64,000 bases of DNA, from contig CAYZZW010000007.1 of NCBI GenBank assembly GCA_964482955.1, positions 5,315-69,314 of the forward strand, in the 5' to 3' direction. The stretch comes from an uncultured Treponemataceae bacterium (GTDB taxonomy: Bacteria; Spirochaetota; Spirochaetia; Treponematales; UBA12059). Below, one piece after another: positions 36,303-46,247 of the stretch (within the stretch, counting starts at the first letter, position 1; each line of letters starts with the position of its first letter). Both the position numbers and the translations under genes were made by a program. The notes beneath the pieces were generated by a model, which saw nothing but the letters and a program-made list of their open reading frames with translations, had not been told where the DNA came from and searched no databases.

Positions 36303-38093
36303 ATGATCACGATCAACGAGCTCAGGCGCAAATTCATCGAGTTCTTCAAGACGAAGGACCACGCCGAGATTTCCGGCAAGTCGCTCATCCCCGAGAACGA
36401 CCCCACGGTCCTGTTCACGACGGCGGGCATGCACCCGCTCGTGCCCTACCTGCTCGGAGAGCCCCACCCGGCGGGCAAGCGCCTCGTGGACTACCAGAAG
36501 TGCGTCCGCACCGGCGACATCGACGAGGTCGGCGACGCCGCCCACCTCACCTGCTTCGAGATGCTCGGCAACTGGTCGCTCGGCGACTACTTCAAGAAAG
36601 AATCCATCGCGTGGAGCTGGGAGTTCCTCACCGACCCGAAGTGGCTCGGCATCGATCCGCGCATGATCTCGGTGACCGTGTTCGCGGGCGACGAGAACGC
36701 CCCGCGCGACGAGGAGTCGGCGGCGGCGTGGAAGGCGCTCGGCGTGCCCGAAGAGCGCATCGCGTACCTGCCCGCGGGCGACAACTGGTGGGCGGCCGGT
36801 CCGGCCGGCCCCTGCGGTCCCGACACGGAGATTTTCTACTGGGTCGGCGACGGCCTGCCGCCGGCCGGTTCGAACAAGGGCACCGACTCGAAGAACTGGA
36901 TGGAGATCTGGAACAACGTCTTCATGCAGTTCAACCGCATCGACGAAAAGACCCTCGTCAAGCTGCCGGCCCAGAACGTCGACACGGGCATGGGCCTCGA
37001 GCGCACGGTCACGGTGCTGCAGGGCAAGAAGAGCGTCTACCAGACCGAGGCGTTCGGGCCCATCATCGCGGCCATCGAGGACGTCTCGGGCGCCCGCTAC
37101 GGCGCCGACGAGGAACGCGACCACTCCATCCGCATCATCGCGGACCACGTCCGCTCGGCCACCTTCATCATCGGCGACCAGAAGGGGGTGCTGCCCTCCA
37201 ACGTGGGCGCCGGCTACGTCCTCCGCCGCCTCATCCGCCGCGCCGTCCGGCACGGCCGCAAGCTCGGCGTCGAAGGCTGCTTCCTGTCGAAGCCGGCCGC
37301 CGTCGTCGTCGAGAACCTCAAGGTCGCGTACCCCGAACTCGGCGACAACCGCGCGAAGATCCTCGAGGCGCTCGAGACCGAGGAGAAGAAGTTCCTGGAA
37401 ACCCTCGAAAAGGGCGAGCGCGAATTCGAGAAGATGCTCCCGAACCTGCTCAAGAACCCGCAGAAGGTGATGTCCGGACGGCTCGCGTTCAAACTCTACG
37501 ACACCTACGGCTTCCCCATCGAGCTCACGCTCGAGCTGGCGGCCGAGAACGGCATGACCGTGAACCGCGAGGAGTTCGACGAAGCCTTCAAGAAGCACCA
37601 GGAGCTGTCCCGCGCGGGCAGCGAGCAGACCTTCAAGGGGGGCCTGGCAGAGCAGTCGGAGATCACGACGAAGTACCACACCGCGACGCACCTCCTGCAG
37701 GCCGCGCTCAAGCGCGTGCTCGGGCCGCACGTCGCGCAGAAGGGCTCGAACATCACGGCCGAGCGCCTGCGCTTCGACTTCGCGCACGACGCTCCCATGA
37801 CGCCGGAGCAGGTGAGGGAAGTCGAGCGCCTCGTCAACGAGCAGATCGGCCGCGACCTGCCCGTCACGATGGAGATCATGGAGCTCGACGCCGCGAAGGC
37901 TTCCGGCGCCACGGCGCTCTTCGGCGAGAAGTACGAGTCGAAGGTGAAGGTCTACACGATCGGGGATTTCTCGAAGGAAGTCTGCGGCGGCCCGCATGTC
38001 GAGCGCACCGGCACGATGGGGAAATTCGTCATCCAGAAGGAACAGAGTTCCTCGGCCGGCGTCCGCCGCATCAGGGCCGTCCTGGAAGGCTGA
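36303..38093 (+). CDS. alaS: alanine--tRNA ligase, short form (596 aa)
   Basis: LFTTAGMHPL, HLTCFEMLGNWS, VDTGMGLER, YVLRRLIRRA, HTATHLL, CGGPH. Confidence 0.97.
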   Translation: MITINELRRKFIEFFKTKDHAEISGKSLIPENDPTVLFTTAGMHPLVPYLLGEPHPAGKRLVDYQKCVRTGDIDEVGDAAHLTCFEMLGNWSLGDYFKKESIAWSWEFLTDPKWLGIDPRMISVTVFAGDENAPRDEESAAAWKALGVPEERIAYLPAGDNWWAAGPAGPCGPDTEIFYWVGDGLPPAGSNKGTDSKNWMEIWNNVFMQFNRIDEKTLVKLPAQNVDTGMGLERTVTVLQGKKSVYQTEAFGPIIAAIEDVSGARYGADEERDHSIRIIADHVRSATFIIGDQKGVLPSNVGAGYVLRRLIRRAVRHGRKLGVEGCFLSKPAAVVVENLKVAYPELGDNRAKILEALETEEKKFLETLEKGEREFEKMLPNLLKNPQKVMSGRLAFKLYDTYGFPIELTLELAAENGMTVNREEFDEAFKKHQELSRAGSEQTFKGGLAEQSEITTKYHTATHLLQAALKRVLGPHVAQKGSNITAERLRFDFAHDAPMTPEQVREVERLVNEQIGRDLPVTMEIMELDAAKASGATALFGEKYESKVKVYTIGDFSKEVCGGPHVERTGTMGKFVIQKEQSSSAGVRRIRAVLEG

Positions 38094-38111
38094 CGCAGAG
38101 AGAAGAGACTA

Positions 38112-38257
38112 CCACGAGCGAAGCTTAGCGAGTACTCGAGCGTTAGGGCACGAAGATCTTGCCACGAAGGGCACGAAGGAAGAGAAAAATTGGATTAATC
38201 CCAATAATTTCTTCCTTCGTGCCCTTCGTGGTCGAAACTTCGTGTCCTTCGTGGTAA
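38112..38257. repeat. CACGAAG element with inverted halves
   Basis: CCACGAAGGGCACGAAGGAAGA ... TCTTCCTTCGTGCCCTTCGTGG. Confidence 0.85.
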
Positions 38258-38271
38258 AAATCAGAAAAGGT

Positions 38272-38357
38272 TGCCGGGGACGGGGGTCGAACCCGCACGG
38301 CTCTTTCGAACCAACGGATTTTAAGTCCGTGGCGTCTGCCAATTCCGCCACCCCGGC
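38272..38357 (-). tRNA. tRNA-Leu (TAA)
   Basis: GCCGGGGTGGCGGAATTGGCAGACGC...CTTAAAA...GGTTCGACCCCCGTCCCCGGCA; long variable arm; CCA not encoded. Confidence 0.97.
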
Positions 38358-38365
38358 GTACGCTC

Positions 38366-38808
38366 GAATTTTTCACGCTCCGCCGAAATACATTACGATC
38401 TTTGATCCGAACGTCTCACGGCGGAGCCCGCAAACTCGGGTCGATCGCGTTGTCGCTTCCTCGGCTCGGTACTCATGGGCAGGGAGCCCACTCCGTTCCT
38501 CGCCTTCGTCGTTCCTAGCGCTCGGCCCGATTTTGCTGTGAAAAATCCGAGCGGCCCGAATTTTTCACGCTCCGCCGAAATACATTACGATCTTTGATCC
38601 GAACGTCTCACGGCGGAGCCCGCAAACTCGGGTCGATCGCGTTGTCGCTTCCTCGGCTCGGTACTCATGGGCAGGGAGCCCACTCCGTTCCTCGCCTTCG
38701 TCGTTCCTAGCGCTCGGCCCGATTTTGCTGTGAAAAATCCGAGCGGCCCGAATTTTTCACGCTCCGCCGAACTTCACTCCGATCTTTGATCCGAACGTCT
38801 TACGGCGA
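38366..38808. repeat. 192-bp tandem repeat (2 identical copies + diverged partial)
   Basis: Units start GAATTTTTCACGCTCCGCCGAA at 38366, 38558, 38750. Confidence 0.92.
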
Positions 38809-38956
38809 ACGTGGCGAATGATAAACGGCGGGCGAGGGGCGGGTCAAGCTGGAGCGGGGGCGGCTTGCCGTGCGGCGCGTTCCCGGCCATACTGGATGGC
38901 GTATCGAGTCGGCCCCGAATCAGCGCGGGCCCATCGACGTATCCGGGAGGACGGTC

Positions 38957-39496
38957 ATGTTCATCAAGGCCATCGTCAAATTCATCATGGCCCTCAATTC
39001 CAACACGAGGGCGGGCTTCGTCGCCGCCGGCGTCGCGTGCGGGTTCCTGCTCGCGCTCGTGCCCGCGGGCAATCTGCTCTGGGTGGCGCTGGCCATCCTC
39101 ATCGCCTTCACGAAGGCGAATTCGGCGATGTTCATCGTCGTGGCGCTCGTCCTGAAGCCCTTCATGGGCCTCCTCTCCGGTCCGCTCGACGCACTCGGTT
39201 ACGCGGTGCTCACGCTGCCGCCGCTTCAGGGGCTGTTCACCGCGATGGCCGACGCTCCCATCGTCCCGTACACCCGCTTCAACAACACGATCGTGATGGG
39301 CGGCTTCGTCGCGGGCGTCGCGCTGTGGCTGCCGGTCTTCGCAGGCGCGCGCGTCCTCGTGGGACTGTACCGGAAGAAGCTCGCCCCGAAGATCGCCGAG
39401 AGCAAGTTCGCCAAGGCGTTCATGAAGATGCCGCTCGTGCAGGCCCTGACCGCGGCGTTCGACAAGGCCGCGCGCATCAAGGGCGCCCTGGAATGA
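38957..39496 (+). CDS. TIGR03546-family membrane protein
   Basis: ALNSN...GFLLALVP.GNLLW, RFNNTIVMG; GGAGG RBS. Confidence 0.8.
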   Translation: MFIKAIVKFIMALNSNTRAGFVAAGVACGFLLALVPAGNLLWVALAILIAFTKANSAMFIVVALVLKPFMGLLSGPLDALGYAVLTLPPLQGLFTAMADAPIVPYTRFNNTIVMGGFVAGVALWLPVFAGARVLVGLYRKKLAPKIAESKFAKAFMKMPLVQALTAAFDKAARIKGALE

Positions 39497-39505
39497 GGTG
39501 AAAAA

Positions 39506-41536
39506 ATGAAAACAGCGAAACCCGTCAAGGAACCGAAGGCCAAGGCGCCCAAGAAGCCGCCCAAGCCGAACGCCATCTACAGGAAACCGATCAAGGCAGC
39601 CCGTTTCGACAAGGCGTATGTCCGCATGCTCGGGCAGGACAGGGACGCGGCGTTCCTCAAGTCGTGCTTCGAGGAGCGCGACGGGAACATGTCGCTCCGC
39701 GCCGGCCTCGACCGCGATTCGCTCGTCCGCCTCAACAAGCTGGCCAAGGACATCAAGGCGAACCGCGGCGCGGTCAATGTCGTGCCGATCGCGGCGCTCG
39801 TCCTCGCGGCGGCGGGGCTCGCCGTCTTCTTCCTGTTCTTCGCGAATCCCGTGGTCGAGAACCTGGCGGAGCGCGGGCTCGAGTCGGCGTTCCAGGCCAA
39901 GGCCGAGATCGACGGCCTCAAGCTGACGCTCTCGCCGCTCGGCTTCACGATGAGGAAGGTCGTCGTCGCCGACTCGGGCGCCCCCATGACGAACCTCTTC
40001 GAGACCGGGCGGGTCGCCATGACGATGCAGCTCACGGCGCTGACGCGCGGCAAGTTCAACATAGAGGAGGCGGTCGTCGACTCGATCGCCTTCGGCACCC
40101 CGCGCGCGAGCTCGGGCGCCTTGCCCGGCGCCGACGCCCCGGCCGCCAAGGCGGCGAAGCCGGAAGCGCCCGCGGAAGAGGCGATCGACTTCGGCAACTT
40201 CGACGCGCAGGCCCTGCTCGAGCGCGAAAAGGCCAAGCTCGGCTGCGTGAAGGCCTACGACGACGCGTCGGCGAAAATCGAAGCCGCCAAGACGGAGTGG
40301 ACCGCGCGGACCGAATCGTCCAAGCAAAAGATCGAAAGCCTCAAGGCTTCCACGAAGACCCTGCTCGCGACGGACACGAAGAAGATCAAGACCGCGGCGG
40401 AAGCCTTGAAGCTGGCCGAGGAACTCAAGAAGACCACGGGCGACGCGAAGGCGGCCGCCGCGGAGGCGGGAGCCGTCTACGACGGCGTCGCGAAGGACGC
40501 GGCCGCGGCGAAGGCTCTGACGAAGGCCGCCACGGATTCCTTCGGGAAGGACTTGGCCTACCTCAAGTCCTTCGCCGACCCGAAGAGCGGCGCCGCCCGC
40601 GGCGTCATCGAGCCGGCCATCCGGTCGGTGCTCTCCGACAAGGTGGAGCGCTACGGCGATCTGGGCCTCAAGGCCCTCGACGTGCTCGGCCGCGTGAAGT
40701 CCGCGTCGCCGAAAAAGGAAAAGGAAGCGAAGGCGGTCGGCCCCCGCGGACGCGACATTCCCTTCGCGTCGCGCGCGTATCCGGCTTTCAGCATCGCCCG
40801 GCTCTCGTCCGATTTCGACGCGGGCGGAAAGCGCTGGACCATCGACCTCCGCGGCGTGTCCTCCGATCCGGACCTCACGGGCGCCCCGACGAAACTCGCC
40901 TTCTCCGTGAAGGACGCGGTCTTCGCGGTCGGCTTCGACGGCAAGGTCGACCTCACGACGAAGGGCGCGGGCGTCTACGACGGCAACGTCGTCTTTTCCG
41001 GCGTGAACTTCGACCTGGAAGCCGCCCTGAAGGCGATCGGCGTCGAGGATTTCGCGGGCCGCCTCTCGGGCGATCTCGGACTCGACGGGGATCCCGTCGA
41101 CGGTTTCAACGCGGTCGCGAAGCTCGCGGTCGAGGAACCGAAACTCGAGGAAGTGAAGGGGCTCGTCGGGGAGATCCTGCGCGATTCGCTCGGAAGCCGC
41201 GTGGACATCGACGTCGGCTTCGGGAAGGACGGCCTCTCGGTCAAGACGAATCTCGACAAGCTCGTCGCGGACGGCGTCGCCAAGACCGCGCTCCGCTACG
41301 CCGCGGAAAACGCGAAGAAGATCGAGGCCGTCGCGCGCGACTGGGCCGCGAAGGAACTCGACGGCAAGCTCGCCTCGAAGGACCTCGACACGCTCCTCGG
41401 CGCCGCGAAGGGCGGCAAGACGGAATCCGAGGCGCTCAAGTCGTCGATCGACAAGAAGATCGCCGAGCTCGAGGCGAAAGCCAAGTCCTTCGGCTCCGAC
41501 GCCCTCAAGGGCTTGCCGGGCCTGCCCGGTTTCTGA
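39506..41536 (+). CDS. TIGR03545-family protein
   Basis: Single TM, then FQAKAEID...MTNLFE, coiled coil, RGRDIPF; paired with TIGR03546. Confidence 0.75.
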   Translation: MKTAKPVKEPKAKAPKKPPKPNAIYRKPIKAARFDKAYVRMLGQDRDAAFLKSCFEERDGNMSLRAGLDRDSLVRLNKLAKDIKANRGAVNVVPIAALVLAAAGLAVFFLFFANPVVENLAERGLESAFQAKAEIDGLKLTLSPLGFTMRKVVVADSGAPMTNLFETGRVAMTMQLTALTRGKFNIEEAVVDSIAFGTPRASSGALPGADAPAAKAAKPEAPAEEAIDFGNFDAQALLEREKAKLGCVKAYDDASAKIEAAKTEWTARTESSKQKIESLKASTKTLLATDTKKIKTAAEALKLAEELKKTTGDAKAAAAEAGAVYDGVAKDAAAAKALTKAATDSFGKDLAYLKSFADPKSGAARGVIEPAIRSVLSDKVERYGDLGLKALDVLGRVKSASPKKEKEAKAVGPRGRDIPFASRAYPAFSIARLSSDFDAGGKRWTIDLRGVSSDPDLTGAPTKLAFSVKDAVFAVGFDGKVDLTTKGAGVYDGNVVFSGVNFDLEAALKAIGVEDFAGRLSGDLGLDGDPVDGFNAVAKLAVEEPKLEEVKGLVGEILRDSLGSRVDIDVGFGKDGLSVKTNLDKLVADGVAKTALRYAAENAKKIEAVARDWAAKELDGKLASKDLDTLLGAAKGGKTESEALKSSIDKKIAELEAKAKSFGSDALKGLPGLPGF

Positions 41537-41548
41537 GCGGGGCGCGGC

Positions 41549-42541
41549 ATGGCGAAGACGGCATCACCCGAACTCCGCGACGCGGCGGCCCTCGTCGGGC
41601 GCGTGCGCGCCGAGATCGGCAAGCGGGTCATCGGCAAGGGCGGCATGGTCGAGGGCATCCTCCTCGGTGTCGCCTCGGGCGGGCACGTGCTCGTGGAGGG
41701 CGTGCCCGGGCTCGCGAAGACGATGGCGGTGCGCGCCTTCGCCGAAGTCTCGAAGCTCGCGTTCAAGCGCATCCAGTTCACGCCCGACCTCCTCCCCGGA
41801 GACGTGACCGGCTCGCTCTATTACGACGCGGACACGAAGCGCTTCCTGCCGCGCCGCGGCCCCGTGTTCGCGAACGTCGTGCTGGCGGACGAGATCAACC
41901 GCGCGCCGGCGAAGGTGCAGTCGGCGCTGCTCGAGGCGATGGAGGAGCGGCAGGTGACGATCGGCGAGGAGACCCTTCGATTGCCCGAGCCCTTCTTCGT
42001 CATGGCGACGCAGAACCCGATCGAGCACGAGGGCACCTTCAAGCTGCCGGAAGCCCAGCTCGACCGCTTCCTCCTCAAGGTGCGCGTCGACTATCCCGAC
42101 GCCGAGGACGAGGCGGCCATCGCGCGGCTCATGCTCGCCGAAGCGCCCTGCGCCGTGGAGGCGGTGCTCGACGCCGCGGGCGTGGAGGCGATCAGGAAGG
42201 CGTCGCGCTCGGTGGCCGTCGACGACGCGATCACCGCGTATGCGGTCGGCGTGGTGCGCGCCACGCGCCCGGAGGACGAGCCCGCGAAGTCGGCCGCCCT
42301 CCGCGAGCTGTCGCGCCACGTCGAGTACGGCGCCGGCCCGCGCGCGACGGTGCACCTCTTGCGCTGCGCCCGCGCGAAAGCCGCCTTCGACGGCCGCGGC
42401 TACGTCGTCCCCGACGACGTGAAGCTGTGCGCGCCGCTCGTGCTGGGGCACCGCCTTGTCGTGTCGTACGAGGCGGAGGCCGAGTCCGTGTCGGCCTACG
42501 ACGTGGTCGACCGCGTGCTGGAGCTGGTGCCGGTGCCATGA
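41549..42541 (+). CDS. moxR: MoxR-family AAA+ ATPase
   Basis: GVPGLAKT, RIQFTPDLLPGD, LADEINRAPAKVQSALLEAM, ATQNPIE. Confidence 0.95.
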   Translation: MAKTASPELRDAAALVGRVRAEIGKRVIGKGGMVEGILLGVASGGHVLVEGVPGLAKTMAVRAFAEVSKLAFKRIQFTPDLLPGDVTGSLYYDADTKRFLPRRGPVFANVVLADEINRAPAKVQSALLEAMEERQVTIGEETLRLPEPFFVMATQNPIEHEGTFKLPEAQLDRFLLKVRVDYPDAEDEAAIARLMLAEAPCAVEAVLDAAGVEAIRKASRSVAVDDAITAYAVGVVRATRPEDEPAKSAALRELSRHVEYGAGPRATVHLLRCARAKAAFDGRGYVVPDDVKLCAPLVLGHRLVVSYEAEAESVSAYDVVDRVLELVPVP

Positions 42542-43446
42542 ACGCCCCGCGCGACGAGCGCTTCCGGAAGGCGGTCAGAAGGCTCCTGTTCGTATCGCCC
42601 CTCCTCTCCCGCGCGTTCCTCTCCGGAGGTTTCCGCTCGGCGTTCAAGGGCCGCGGCATGGACTTCGACTCCATCCGCGAATACGCGCCGGAGGACGACG
42701 CGCGCTCCATCGACTGGAACGCCTCGATGCGCTTCGGCCGTCCCTTCATCAAGACCTACCGCGAAGACCGCGCGCTCTCCATCTTCGTCGTGTTCGACGA
42801 GAGCGCGTCGATGCGCTACGGCTCGGACGGTCCCAAGGCGGGCACCGCGGCGGTGGCCGCGTCGCTCGTGGCGTACGCCGCGGCGAGGGCCGGCGCCCCG
42901 GTAGGCGCGCTTTTCTTCGCGGACAAGGTCGGCGACAGCTTTCCGCCGTCGACGCAAGTGACGCGGCCGCAGGCGCTCGCGTCGCGCTTCGAGGCTTCGA
43001 CGCGCGGCCCGAAGCCGCGGGGAGGCAGCGCGCTCGCGGAAGCGGCGGACGCCGCGCGCCGGAGCTTGAAGCGCCGCTCGCTCGTCTTCTTCGTGAGCGA
43101 CTTCCTCGCCTCCGCGGAAGGCCCGGGCGGCTGGTCGCGGCCTTTCGCCCTCCTCGCGCGCCGGCACGACGTCGTGGCGCTCCGCGTGTACGACGATCCA
43201 GACGCCGTGGCCGGGACGATCCGCGGCTCCGTGCGCGTCGCCGACGCGGAGACGGGCCGCATCGAACGCCTCAAGCTGGGCAAGGGGGCGCGCGACGGCG
43301 ATTTCGCGGAGGAAGTCCGCGACGCCCGTTTCGAATGGCTCCGCGCGGTGGCCGCCTCGCGCGCCGCGCGCGTCGAGCTCCGCGCCGGCGAGGATCCGGC
43401 CAAAGCCCTCGTGGCGTTTTTCGAGCGGCGGAGGCGGGCGGGATGA
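42538..43446 (+). CDS. DUF58 domain protein
   Basis: FKGRGMDFDSIREY..EDDARSIDWN, FVSDF, RRHDV. Confidence 0.9.
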   Translation: MNAPRDERFRKAVRRLLFVSPLLSRAFLSGGFRSAFKGRGMDFDSIREYAPEDDARSIDWNASMRFGRPFIKTYREDRALSIFVVFDESASMRYGSDGPKAGTAAVAASLVAYAAARAGAPVGALFFADKVGDSFPPSTQVTRPQALASRFEASTRGPKPRGGSALAEAADAARRSLKRRSLVFFVSDFLASAEGPGGWSRPFALLARRHDVVALRVYDDPDAVAGTIRGSVRVADAETGRIERLKLGKGARDGDFAEEVRDARFEWLRAVAASRAARVELRAGEDPAKALVAFFERRRRAG

Positions 43447-44303
43447 CGGCTCGCCGGCTCCTCGCCGCGGCCTTCGCGCTGCGCGCCGCCCTCGGCGTCG
43501 CGGCGGAGGGACTCGGCGCTCCCGCGCTCGTCCCGGCGCGCCGCGCCCCGGGCGACCTCGTGGAGGCGTCGTTCGACTTCGACGCGACCGCCCTCGCCTT
43601 CGATCCTGCGCTCGCGGTATTGCCGCGGCCGATCCGCGGCGAACGCTACGACGTCGTCGGCGTGCGCGCGGAAATCCGCGGCCGCGCGGGCCGTCTCGTC
43701 GTCACGCTCCAGGCGTGGGCGTCGGGTTCGATCGTCACGAAGCCGATCCAAGCCGGGCCGATCATCGTGCCCGCGTTCGCCTTCGAGGTCGAACGCGCCT
43801 CGTCCGTCCACGGCGACGCCGCGCCCGCTTTCCGGCAGCCGCTCGCGCTCAAGGGCACGACCTTCGAACTCCTCAAGCTCGTCGGCGCGTTCGTCGCCGT
43901 CGCGCTCGGTGGCGGCGCCTTCGGGCTCCGGAACACGCCGTTCGCCCGCGCGTTGGTCGCGCGCCTCCGTCTCGCGGCCGCACGCCGCGAGTATCGGGCG
44001 TCGCTCCGTAAGGTCGCGCGCCTGCGACGTACGGACGACCGCAAGGCGTGGGACGAATTCGCGCGAGGCGCCAGGCGCTATCTCGCGGCGCTCACCGGCC
44101 TGCCCGTCCCGGCCATGACCCCGCGCGAACTCGCGTCGGTCGCGGGCGATGGTTCGCGGCCGCTTTCCGGCGCCGCGGGCGCTTTGGCCGACGCCGACGC
44201 CGCCCGCTTCGGAGGCGGCGGCCCGTCGCTCGACGCCGCGCTCGCCGCGATCCGGGATACCGTAGCGTCGTTCGAGACGGAGGGCGTCCATGTCCTTCGA
44301 TAG
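43443..44303 (+). CDS. Bat-cluster membrane protein (hypothetical)
   Basis: Signal-like N-terminus, one TM; stops/starts overlap neighbours in the operon. Confidence 0.65.
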   Translation: MTARRLLAAAFALRAALGVAAEGLGAPALVPARRAPGDLVEASFDFDATALAFDPALAVLPRPIRGERYDVVGVRAEIRGRAGRLVVTLQAWASGSIVTKPIQAGPIIVPAFAFEVERASSVHGDAAPAFRQPLALKGTTFELLKLVGAFVAVALGGGAFGLRNTPFARALVARLRLAAARREYRASLRKVARLRRTDDRKAWDEFARGARRYLAALTGLPVPAMTPRELASVAGDGSRPLSGAAGALADADAARFGGGGPSLDAALAAIRDTVASFETEGVHVLR

Positions 44304-45279
44304 ACCGTGGCTCCTCGTCCTGCTCGCCGCGCCCGTGCTGGCGGAATTCCTCTGGCGGCGCGAGCGGCCCGGCCGACCCGGTTTCGCCCTCGCGCGCTGG
44401 AAGGCGACCGACCGGGGCGGCGGCCCGTCGCGCTCGGCGCTCGCGGCCCGGGTTCGCGACGTCCTCGCGCTCGCGGGATACGCCCTCCTCGTCGCGGCGG
44501 CCGCGGGACCGTCGCGGCTGGAGCGCGCCGTCGTGTTTCTCGAGCGGGGCGCCGACGTCGTGTTCGCCATCGACGCGTCCCCGAGCATGGGCGCGAAGGA
44601 CCTGCGTCCCGATCGCTTCCGCGCGGCGTCGGCGCTCGTTGAACGCTTCATGGCCGAAGAGCGGAACGAAGCCGTCGGCGTCGTCGCCTTCGGCAGCGAA
44701 GCCGCGCTCGTCTGTCCTCCCACCGCAGACTACGCCGTGGTCCGCGCGCGCCTTTCCTCGGTGCGGCCCGGAGAACTCGGCGACGGTACCGCGATCGGGT
44801 CCGGACTCGCCGTCGCGGTGCGGCACGCCGCGTCGGCGCGCGGCACGGCCAAACGCGTCATCCTCGTCACCGACGGCGAGAACAACGAAGGTTCCGTGAC
44901 GCCGGAGACCGCCGCCGCCCTCGCGCTCGCGCGCGGTATACCGGTCACCGTGATCGGCGCGGGCTCGCGCGGCGAAGTCCCGGTCGAATACGAAGACCCC
45001 GAGACGGGCGAGCGCTCGGTCGGCACCTACGCGAGCTCGTTCGACGAGGAACGACTCCGCGCGTTGGCCGCATCGACCGGCGGCGACTATCTGAACGCCG
45101 CCGACGACGAGGGCATCGACCGCGCCTTCGAACGGTTGTCGAAGTCGCTCCCCGCCGCCAGCCGCAAGCGCCTCACCGCCCGCAAGTACTCGGTCGCCCC
45201 GGCCTGGTTCGCGGCGGCGTGCCTCCTTCTCTCAGCGTCGTGGATCGCGGGCCGCCTCTTCCTCGGGAGGCTGCCGTGA
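44290..45279 (+). CDS. batA: BatA-like VWA domain protein
   Basis: DASPSM MIDAS, GTAIGSGL, LVTDGENN. Confidence 0.85.
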   Translation: MSFDRPWLLVLLAAPVLAEFLWRRERPGRPGFALARWKATDRGGGPSRSALAARVRDVLALAGYALLVAAAAGPSRLERAVVFLERGADVVFAIDASPSMGAKDLRPDRFRAASALVERFMAEERNEAVGVVAFGSEAALVCPPTADYAVVRARLSSVRPGELGDGTAIGSGLAVAVRHAASARGTAKRVILVTDGENNEGSVTPETAAALALARGIPVTVIGAGSRGEVPVEYEDPETGERSVGTYASSFDEERLRALAASTGGDYLNAADDEGIDRAFERLSKSLPAASRKRLTARKYSVAPAWFAAACLLLSASWIAGRLFLGRLP

Positions 45280-46247
45280 ATTTCGACCGCCCCATCGCGC
45301 TCTTCGGCATCCTGCTCGCGGCGCCGATCCTCCTCTTCGGGCTCAGGAAAGCCCTGCGCCTCGCGGCCGTCCTGCCGCGCTTCGCGGACGCGGCGTTCGC
45401 GCCCCGCGCCGCGCGCTCGGTCCGGAGGCGCGCCTCGCTCTCCGCGGCGTGCGGCGCGCTGTTCGCGGTCGCCGCGTCGGTCGGGCTCGCCGGGCCGAGC
45501 CTCGGATTCGAGTACGTCGAGACCGCCGCCGGGGGCGCCGAGATCGCCCTGCTCGTCGACGTCTCGAACTCCATGCTCGCCGAGGACCAGGTTCCGTCGC
45601 GGCTCGGGGCGGCGACGGAACTCGCGCGTTACGCGATCCGCGCCGCTCCCGAAGCCCGCTACAGCCTCACCGTCGCCAAGGGCGGCGCGACCACGCTCTC
45701 GCCGATGACCGACGACGTCGCCGCCCTCGAGGACGCCCTCGAGTTCGCGACGCCCGAGTCGGTGACCGCCGCGTCGACCGACCTCGGCGCGGGCGTCGCG
45801 GAGGCCGCGAAGACCTTCGGCGCCCACGACGCCTTCCGCGTGCTCGTCATCCTGAGCGACGGCGACGACCGCGGAGGCTCGCTGCAGGGCCGGGCCGCCG
45901 CCGCGCGCAAGGACGGCATCCTCGTCGTTTCCGTCGTCTTCGGCACGGAACGCGGCGCCCCCGTGAACGACGCGTCCGGAAAGCCGATCCTGGACAAGGA
46001 CGGCACGCCCGCGGTGGCCAAGGCCGTCCCGTCGGCGCTCGCGCGCGCCTCGAGCTCCGGGATCGCGCTCAAACCCGAAACCGCCGCCGCCGAACTCCGC
46101 GCCATCGTGGATCGAGCTTCGGGAAAACGGGGAGGCGCCCTGCAGGCGCCGCGGAAGCCTCGGGACGTGTCGGGCTTCTTCTTCGCCGCCGCGGCTTTCC
46201 TCGCGGCCGCGCGCTTCTTCCTGTCTCCGACGGGGGCGCTCTCGTGA
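45276..46247 (+). CDS. batB: BatB-like VWA domain protein
   Basis: DVSNSMLAED..PSRL, STDLG, LSDGD. Confidence 0.85.
   Translation: MNFDRPIALFGILLAAPILLFGLRKALRLAAVLPRFADAAFAPRAARSVRRRASLSAACGALFAVAASVGLAGPSLGFEYVETAAGGAEIALLVDVSNSMLAEDQVPSRLGAATELARYAIRAAPEARYSLTVAKGGATTLSPMTDDVAALEDALEFATPESVTAASTDLGAGVAEAAKTFGAHDAFRVLVILSDGDDRGGSLQGRAAAARKDGILVVSVVFGTERGAPVNDASGKPILDKDGTPAVAKAVPSALARASSSGIALKPETAAAELRAIVDRASGKRGGALQAPRKPRDVSGFFFAAAAFLAAARFFLSPTGALS

Noticed and set aside
36303-38093. Short AlaRS as a pseudogene or novelty
   Set aside because: ~600-aa AlaRS lacking C-Ala is known in spirochaetes; catalytic and editing motifs are intact
38272-38808. tRNA-Leu as integration site of a genomic island
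   Set aside because: No duplicated tRNA 3' end, no integrase, and flanking genes look native
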